Assembly: GCA_903928015.1 (NCBI GenBank)
Contig: CAIYPF010000143.1
Span: 66,980-130,979, forward strand
Direction: 5' to 3'
DNA length: 64,000 nt
Source of the DNA: an uncultured Gammaproteobacteria bacterium
GTDB lineage: Bacteria > Pseudomonadota > Gammaproteobacteria > Pseudomonadales > UBA5518
Shown: one piece after another, positions 58,750 through 64,000 of the stretch
Position numbering within the stretch: position 1 is the stretch's first letter
Layout: each line of letters opens with the position of its first letter
Notes under the pieces: model-generated
What the model was told of the DNA's origin: nothing
The model's database searches: none
The model's input: only the letters and a program-made list of their open reading frames with translations
Position numbers and translations under genes: made by a program

Positions 58750-59898
58750 TCAGTTGCCGGAGGCATCTCCTGGAGGGTGGCCGGCGAAGAGCCCGGCCAC
58801 CGCCATCGCGGCAGCCATTGTGTCGTCATGCCGCATCTCGAGGCTGGCGCGCGCTGGCCCCGCGGAGCCCAGCCATGCCGCTCTCCCCTGCTTCACCAAT
58901 CCCTGCATCATGCCCTCGGCATCACGCCGCATGCGCGCTGGCCCTAATGTCGCTGCGAGCCGGTGCATAAGCGCATCGAACCGGTAGTTGTAGCGCCTCT
59001 TCCACCAGTCCGGCCCATCCTCGAGGCTGAAGAGATACACCGGCCGCCCGGTGAATTCTGCCTCGGCAACCATCGAGACACTGTCCGCTGTCACCACGAA
59101 CTGCTCCGCAATGGCCAGGTATCCGACATAGGGGTTCATCTCTCGTGGACCACCCCAGCGATGTGCGAGGACCGGCACGTCGATCGTGCCGAGAAAAGCA
59201 TCCAGCACTCCCACTGGTGTGCGCGCGCTGTCGGTAACCAACACCGAGCCACCGCGGGAGCGCGCGAGCCCGTTGACCATCTGACCGAGGAGGCGCGCCT
59301 TCGAGGGGGTGAATACATACGCACCGCTATTTCCGCCGAGCAAAACCGCAGTACGCGGCAAAGGCAGGGCGGAGAATTCCTGCTGCCAGCGTCTTCTTCC
59401 GGCAGAAAGCGTGCTCTCGTTCAGCCGGTGCATGGGCAAGGCATTCATCAATACGTTCGGAAACTCGGCGATGGGATACTGCGGAGTGGCCACCACCAGA
59501 TCGAAACAGCCCGGGTCAGCCCAAGGTCGCCCGACGTGCACGATGCGCGCCAGTCCTCCGGATTGGCGTTGTATCCACCGCGCCACAGGCTCGTTGCGGC
59601 GACCAGAACTGATCACCAGATCCGGCCACGGGGCCTGAAGCGGACTCGAGGCGGACCTGTCGATGCCCGCCAGCGTGACACCCAGCATCCGGTTGGCGAG
59701 CAACTCCCACGGGCGGAATACGATGTGCTTTTCCTCGCAGGGCCAGCCGAGGCGGTCGGCCAGGGCCAGCACCTGTGTGTTGTCTCCCGCCTTGCGCCCG
59801 AGCAGGAGCCAGACACGGGTGGCGGGAGGACGCTGGAAAAGGTCTTCGCGCACGGTGGATGAAGCTCCTCGCGCGATGGCGGGTGGACGATACTGCAT
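58750..59898 (-). CDS. ELM1-family protein, second paralogue
   Basis: The segment VWLLLGRKAGDNTQVLALADRLGWP...APWPDLVISSGRRNEPVARWIQRQSGGLARIVHVG aligns by eye with 54823..55869 (APWPDLILTIGRRPSMAALWIREQSGGHSRIVLFG). The start is uncertain: ATG 59898 lies only 14 nt from the divergent lptF ATG, and GTG 59853 is an alternative. Confidence 0.65.
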   Translation of the reverse strand: MQYRPPAIARGASSTVREDLFQRPPATRVWLLLGRKAGDNTQVLALADRLGWPCEEKHIVFRPWELLANRMLGVTLAGIDRSASSPLQAPWPDLVISSGRRNEPVARWIQRQSGGLARIVHVGRPWADPGCFDLVVATPQYPIAEFPNVLMNALPMHRLNESTLSAGRRRWQQEFSALPLPRTAVLLGGNSGAYVFTPSKARLLGQMVNGLARSRGGSVLVTDSARTPVGVLDAFLGTIDVPVLAHRWGGPREMNPYVGYLAIAEQFVVTADSVSMVAEAEFTGRPVYLFSLEDGPDWWKRRYNYRFDALMHRLAATLGPARMRRDAEGMMQGLVKQGRAAWLGSAGPARASLEMRHDDTMAAAMAVAGLFAGHPPGDASGN

Positions 59899-59912
59899 TA
59901 CAATACCAGCCC

Positions 59913-60986
59913 ATGCTAATCGAGCGTTACGTCACGGCGGAGATTGCCCGGCCCTTCGCTGCAGGTCTGGGCATTCTTGTCACGGTCTTCGTGACATTCA
60001 CCGCAGCCCTCAAACTCTCGGATGCAGCCGCCGGAGCCATTGCACCTGCGGCCGTGATGCAACTCGTGATACTGAGCACCCTTGTCGCGCTCGAAGTCCT
60101 AGTACCCTCTACTCTCTACATGGCCATCCTGTTTGCCATAGGCAGACTGCACCGGGACTCCGAGATGGCAGCACTCGCTGCGGCTGGAATAAGTGAACGA
60201 AGGGTACTGCGCGCGGTGATGCTTGTAGGCCTCTTGGCGGCGCTGCTGGTCTGGGCCCTGTCGGTGCACGTGCGGCCGTGGGCATATGCCAAGAGCTACA
60301 CGCTCGAGCAACAGGCGATGAGCCGCTTCGATCTGGCGAACATTCGCCCGGGCAGCTTCGTGGATCTGGGCCAAGGCGGCTATGTCCTTCAGGCGCAGGA
60401 AGTAGATCCCTCGGCTTCGGAACTGCGTTCGGTGTTCGTGCAAGTCACGCGCGGACGGCATACCCAGCTGATTTCAGCCGCGCGCGCGCGGGTACTCGAC
60501 CTGGATGCAGAGGGAGCGCGCGCGGTTGAGTTTGTCGACGGCTACAGCTACATGCTCGACGGTCAGGGAAATCAGGACGTCAGCATGCGTTTCGGTTCGT
60601 TCCTCGTGAGGTTCCCTCCCGAGGAGCGGATGCAGAAGTTCCGGCGCAAGGCGATAGACACACACACGCTCGGCACGTCACTCGAACCCAAGGACATTGC
60701 GGAGTACCAGTGGCGCACCACCACGCCGCTGGCAACGCTGTTGCTCGCCGTGCTCGCCGTTCCTCTTGCCCGCTCAGGCCCCCGCCAATCACGCTTTGGC
60801 ATCTTCGTGGTCGCGCTGCTCGCATACCTGCTTATATTCGTCGCGAGTGCAGTGGTGCGTAACTGGATCGAGAACGGCGATATGCCCCCATTCCCGGGTC
60901 TGGTCGTGGCTTACCTGCCCGCGTTTGCGGTGACGGCCTGGCTCCTGCGCTTCCCCAACACCAGAGCCGGATGGTGGCGCAGGTGA
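59913..60986 (+). CDS. lptF: LPS export ABC transporter permease LptF
   Basis: The N-terminus MLIERYVTAEIARPFAAGLGILVTVF matches the LptF/YjgP pattern. A large periplasmic beta-jellyroll insert lies between TM3 and TM4. lptG follows it. Confidence 0.85.
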   Translation: MLIERYVTAEIARPFAAGLGILVTVFVTFTAALKLSDAAAGAIAPAAVMQLVILSTLVALEVLVPSTLYMAILFAIGRLHRDSEMAALAAAGISERRVLRAVMLVGLLAALLVWALSVHVRPWAYAKSYTLEQQAMSRFDLANIRPGSFVDLGQGGYVLQAQEVDPSASELRSVFVQVTRGRHTQLISAARARVLDLDAEGARAVEFVDGYSYMLDGQGNQDVSMRFGSFLVRFPPEERMQKFRRKAIDTHTLGTSLEPKDIAEYQWRTTTPLATLLLAVLAVPLARSGPRQSRFGIFVVALLAYLLIFVASAVVRNWIENGDMPPFPGLVVAYLPAFAVTAWLLRFPNTRAGWWRR

Positions 60987-62080
60987 TACTGGGGCGTTAT
61001 CTGGGACGCGAATTGTTCCGTGGCTGGCTCACCGTGTCCGCTGCGCTCTCGGCCATGTTCGCGCTGCTGCAATTGGTGGAGGAAGGCGACAACCTGAGCG
61101 ATCGGTACCGTTTCCTGGACGCCCTCGCATACGTTGCCCTCAGCACGCCACAACGCGTGCTGGAACTGGCACCGGTTATTGCCGCACTGGGAACGCTGAT
61201 GGCCTTTGCGACATTGAGCCGCAACAGTGAACTCGTGGTGATACGGACTGCGGGGATATCCACCCGTGGCTTGTTGCGCATGGCGCTGGCGCCCACAGTA
61301 TTGCTGGTGCTCACGCTCGCCATGGCGAGCGAATTCATGGTGGCACCCATGCAACACCACGCCGAAACCCAACGCACGGTGCTGCGCAGCGGCAATCTGG
61401 ACCTGCTCGCAGGCAAGGGACTTTGGTCCCGGACGGGGCGGCAATTCCTGAACGTGCGAGAGCTTCCAGCGGGGCAGTCTCCTGAGGGCATATCACTCTA
61501 CGAATTCGACGAAAGCGGCAGGCTGCTGCGCGCCATAGAGGCGGAGCGAGCGGAGCTCATGCCCGACAGGCGCTGGCGACTCGTGAACGCACGCATCAAG
61601 GACTGGAGCGGAAACACCCGCCGCAACGAATCCTCTGCCTCGCTTGACCTGGGTCCGTTCTGGTCCGCCACCGAACTTCCCGCGCTCGGGCAATCCACCG
61701 CCGCGATGTCACCACGAGCGCTCTATCGCTACGCGGAACACTTGCGCCTCACGGGACAGGACGATCGCGACGTGCGCATGGCCTTCTGGGAGAAAGCCAC
61801 TCTCCCGCTGTCTGCCGCATCCATGGTGCTGCTCTGCGCGGTTCTGGGGATCGGATTCGGCTCCACCCGGAGCACGGCGTTCGGCTGGAGAGTGCTGGCA
61901 GGCGCGGTGATCGGAACCGGCTTCTATCTGCTCACCCGCATACTGCATACGGCGGGAAACATTCTGGGTCTGCAGCAGGCGTTGGTGGTGCTGTTGCCCA
62001 TCGCTCTTGTGGTCGCGCTTTCAGCCCTTATAGCCGCGCGCACACGCGGCCCACGCCGAGCCCGGGAGCCGCGCGCATGA
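60971..62080 (+). CDS. lptG: LPS export ABC transporter permease LptG
   Basis: The N-terminus ILGRYLGRELFRGWLTVSAALSAMFALLQLVEE matches the LptG/YjgQ pattern. It overlaps lptF by 16 nt. Confidence 0.85.
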   Translation: MVAQVILGRYLGRELFRGWLTVSAALSAMFALLQLVEEGDNLSDRYRFLDALAYVALSTPQRVLELAPVIAALGTLMAFATLSRNSELVVIRTAGISTRGLLRMALAPTVLLVLTLAMASEFMVAPMQHHAETQRTVLRSGNLDLLAGKGLWSRTGRQFLNVRELPAGQSPEGISLYEFDESGRLLRAIEAERAELMPDRRWRLVNARIKDWSGNTRRNESSASLDLGPFWSATELPALGQSTAAMSPRALYRYAEHLRLTGQDDRDVRMAFWEKATLPLSAASMVLLCAVLGIGFGSTRSTAFGWRVLAGAVIGTGFYLLTRILHTAGNILGLQQALVVLLPIALVVALSALIAARTRGPRRAREPRA

Positions 62081-63789
62081 GATTGATGCTGAGCTTTTAC
62101 CGGAGCTATCCGCTGCGGACACTGCTGACGCTACTGGCAATGTCGGTCGCCGGACTCGCGGAGGGCATCGGGCTCTCGGCTCTGCTCCCGTTGCTCAACA
62201 TCGCGATCGAGAGCGAAGCGGGATCCTCCTCGCCCTTGCCCGCCACGACCAGCAATGGTTTCGAGCAAGGCGTGCGAGAGGCGCTGGCCTGGGCAGGAAT
62301 CACTCCGGACCTGAACAACCTTCTCGTGCTGATCGTGGCCGCACTTACCCTCAAAAGCCTGCTGCTCCTCGTAGCGCAGGTGCAGGTGGGCTACAGCTCG
62401 GCGAGGCTCGCCACCGATCTGCGACTCGAACTTCTGCGGGCCATCCTTCTCAGCCGCTGGTCATACTTTCTGAACCAACCCGTGGGCAAGCTGACCAATT
62501 CGCTTGCCACCGAGGCATCACGCGCGGCAGAGGCATTCCAGAACGGCGCGACCGCCCTCACGTTCCTGTTCCAGGCGCTGGTCTATGGCGCCGTCGCGCT
62601 GGCCGTTTCCTGGCGCGCGACACTCGTGGGGATCATTGCCGGCGCAATCATCATCGGATTCTCCCACTCGCTGGTGCGGATCACGAAGAAAGCGGGCAAG
62701 AAACAGACGTCGGTGCTGCTGTCGCTGATGTCCACCATGACAGACACTCTCGCCTCGGTTAAACCGCTGAAGGGCATGGGCAGGGAGCATCTCGCGGGGT
62801 CGGTACTGTCCATGGAAACCGGCCGTCTCAACCAGGCGCTGGAGCGTCAGGTGCTGAGCAGCGCCTGGCTGGATTCCATGCAGCAGATCCTGTTCGCGGT
62901 GATCATCGCAGGCGGCATGTACGTGGCACTGGTCCGTAACGGGATGCCCCTCGCTACCGTGATGGTGCTGGTCGTGGTCATCGGCCAGATGGTCGCACTG
63001 TTAGGCAAGGTCCAGAAGCAGTACCAGAAGTCGACCATCGGCGAGAGCGCCTACTGGTCGATGCGCGCGACCATCGCCGAGGCCGCGGGCGAGGAAGAGG
63101 AACTGCCCGCGGGAGCGATCCCCTCGATAGGCACTGGCCTGAGCCTCGAACATCTGGGGTTCCGCTACGGCGAGAGGACGGTTCTTGACGACGTTGGACT
63201 GGAAATTCCGGCGGGCTCGCTGGTGACCCTGATAGGCCCCTCGGGCAGCGGGAAGACCACGATAGTGGACCTCGTGATCGGACTGCTGCGCCCTGACTCC
63301 GGACGGGTGATGATTGGTGGCGTCCCGCTCGCGGAGACCGACATTCGTCAGTGGCGTCGCGCCATTGGCTATGTGCCCCAGGAGACCTTGCTGCTCCACG
63401 AGAGCATTGCGCACAACGTGAGCCTCGGAGATCCGGAAATCCCCGTCGTGGATATCGAGCAGGCGTTGCGGGCCGCAGGTGCCTGGGATTTCGTAAGCGC
63501 TCTTCCGGGAGGCATGGACGCGAGCGTGGGCGAGCGGGGAGGAAAGCTCTCCGGAGGACAGCGACAGCGCGTCGTGATAGCGCGCGCTCTGGTACGCAAG
63601 CCGCAACTGCTGATCCTTGACGAGGCGACCAGCGCCCTGGATGGCGAAAGCGCGGAGGCTGTACGACAGACACTCCAGCAACTCCGGGGATCGCTCACGA
63701 TTCTGGCTATCACGCACCAGGAATTGCTTGTGGATATAGCGGACCGCGTCTATCGCCTGGATAACGGCCGGGCGCAGCTTCAAGGCTGA
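62077..63789 (+). CDS. ABC exporter, fused permease/ATPase half-transporter (MsbA-like type I exporter)
   Basis: ATGA overlaps the lptG stop codon. A 6-TM N-terminal domain is followed by Walker A (GPSGSGKTT), the signature LSGGQRQRV, Walker B (LLILDEATSALD) and an H-loop (ITHQ). Confidence 0.9.
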   Translation: MRLMLSFYRSYPLRTLLTLLAMSVAGLAEGIGLSALLPLLNIAIESEAGSSSPLPATTSNGFEQGVREALAWAGITPDLNNLLVLIVAALTLKSLLLLVAQVQVGYSSARLATDLRLELLRAILLSRWSYFLNQPVGKLTNSLATEASRAAEAFQNGATALTFLFQALVYGAVALAVSWRATLVGIIAGAIIIGFSHSLVRITKKAGKKQTSVLLSLMSTMTDTLASVKPLKGMGREHLAGSVLSMETGRLNQALERQVLSSAWLDSMQQILFAVIIAGGMYVALVRNGMPLATVMVLVVVIGQMVALLGKVQKQYQKSTIGESAYWSMRATIAEAAGEEEELPAGAIPSIGTGLSLEHLGFRYGERTVLDDVGLEIPAGSLVTLIGPSGSGKTTIVDLVIGLLRPDSGRVMIGGVPLAETDIRQWRRAIGYVPQETLLLHESIAHNVSLGDPEIPVVDIEQALRAAGAWDFVSALPGGMDASVGERGGKLSGGQRQRVVIARALVRKPQLLILDEATSALDGESAEAVRQTLQQLRGSLTILAITHQELLVDIADRVYRLDNGRAQLQG

Positions 63790-64000
63790 TCGAAAAGCGC
63801 CCGGACTCTGTGCACGGCCCGCTCCACGTCCGGCGAAGGCGCCACGCTCCGCAAGTGGTGCTCCTGACCGAGCCAGACCGCCCTGCCCTCCGACATCATC
63901 CTGTCGTGCACGAGGGAGATGTCACGACCGAGCCTGCGCGGCCCGCAGCGCAGCAAGAATCGGTAACCCATCGTGTCGGGACTGTGATCGCGCGCGACAG
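63780..64000 (-). CDS. 3' end of an unidentified gene that continues beyond the window
   Basis: The minus-strand frame is open from the window edge (VARDHSPDTMGYRFLLRCGPRRLGRDISLVHDRMM...ALFDQP*). Its stop overlaps the ABC gene's end by 10 nt. I recognise no motif. Confidence 0.35.
   Translation of the reverse strand, partial: VARDHSPDTMGYRFLLRCGPRRLGRDISLVHDRMMSEGRAVWLGQEHHLRSVAPSPDVERAVHRVRALFDQP

Overview
This is a GC-rich proteobacterial chromosomal window. The gene order thrS-infC-rpmI-rplT-pheS-pheT-ihfA-MerR-like-tRNA-Pro, together with uvrB and lptFG, points to a Gamma- or Betaproteobacterium. I call about 55 protein genes and 3 tRNAs (Pro-GGG, Val-GAC, Asn-GTT). By eye I found no rRNA, CRISPR array, IS element, integrase or obvious prophage or defence module. 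From left to right the blocks are: (1) a 5'-truncated FadH-like flavoenzyme and a tripartite RND efflux operon. (2) A PPOX/SnoaL-type fusion gene, a three-gene minus-strand cassette (DUF1993, YeeE-like, small protein) and a relic copy of the fusion gene's 3' end. (3) A fused indolepyruvate-ferredoxin-oxidoreductase-family gene. (4) A metal-uptake cluster (Cys/His mini-protein, outer-membrane barrel, ZnuA-like, ZnuB-like) with no ATPase. (5) A chemoreceptor with a CxxCH sensor domain, a molybdopterin oxidoreductase, a PlpD-like patatin/Omp85 protein, an HDOD protein, NudC and a PEP-CTERM-like protein. (6) An acyl-CoA catabolic cluster. (7) The conserved translation block. (8) A TolB-like/amidohydrolase fusion, an SDR, uvrB and a thioesterase. 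(9) Downstream of tRNA-Asn, an envelope-lipid locus abutting lptF-lptG and a translationally coupled ABC exporter. It encodes a lipid kinase, a Tam41/Mmp37-like nucleotidyltransferase, two ELM1-family proteins, a methyltransferase, a sulfotransferase and a GT8-like protein. Block (9) is my best candidate for an undescribed system. All family assignments come from motif recognition by eye, not from database searches. Many long ORFs in the supplied track are antisense or 5'-extension artefacts typical of high-GC DNA, and I re-set many starts by hand.
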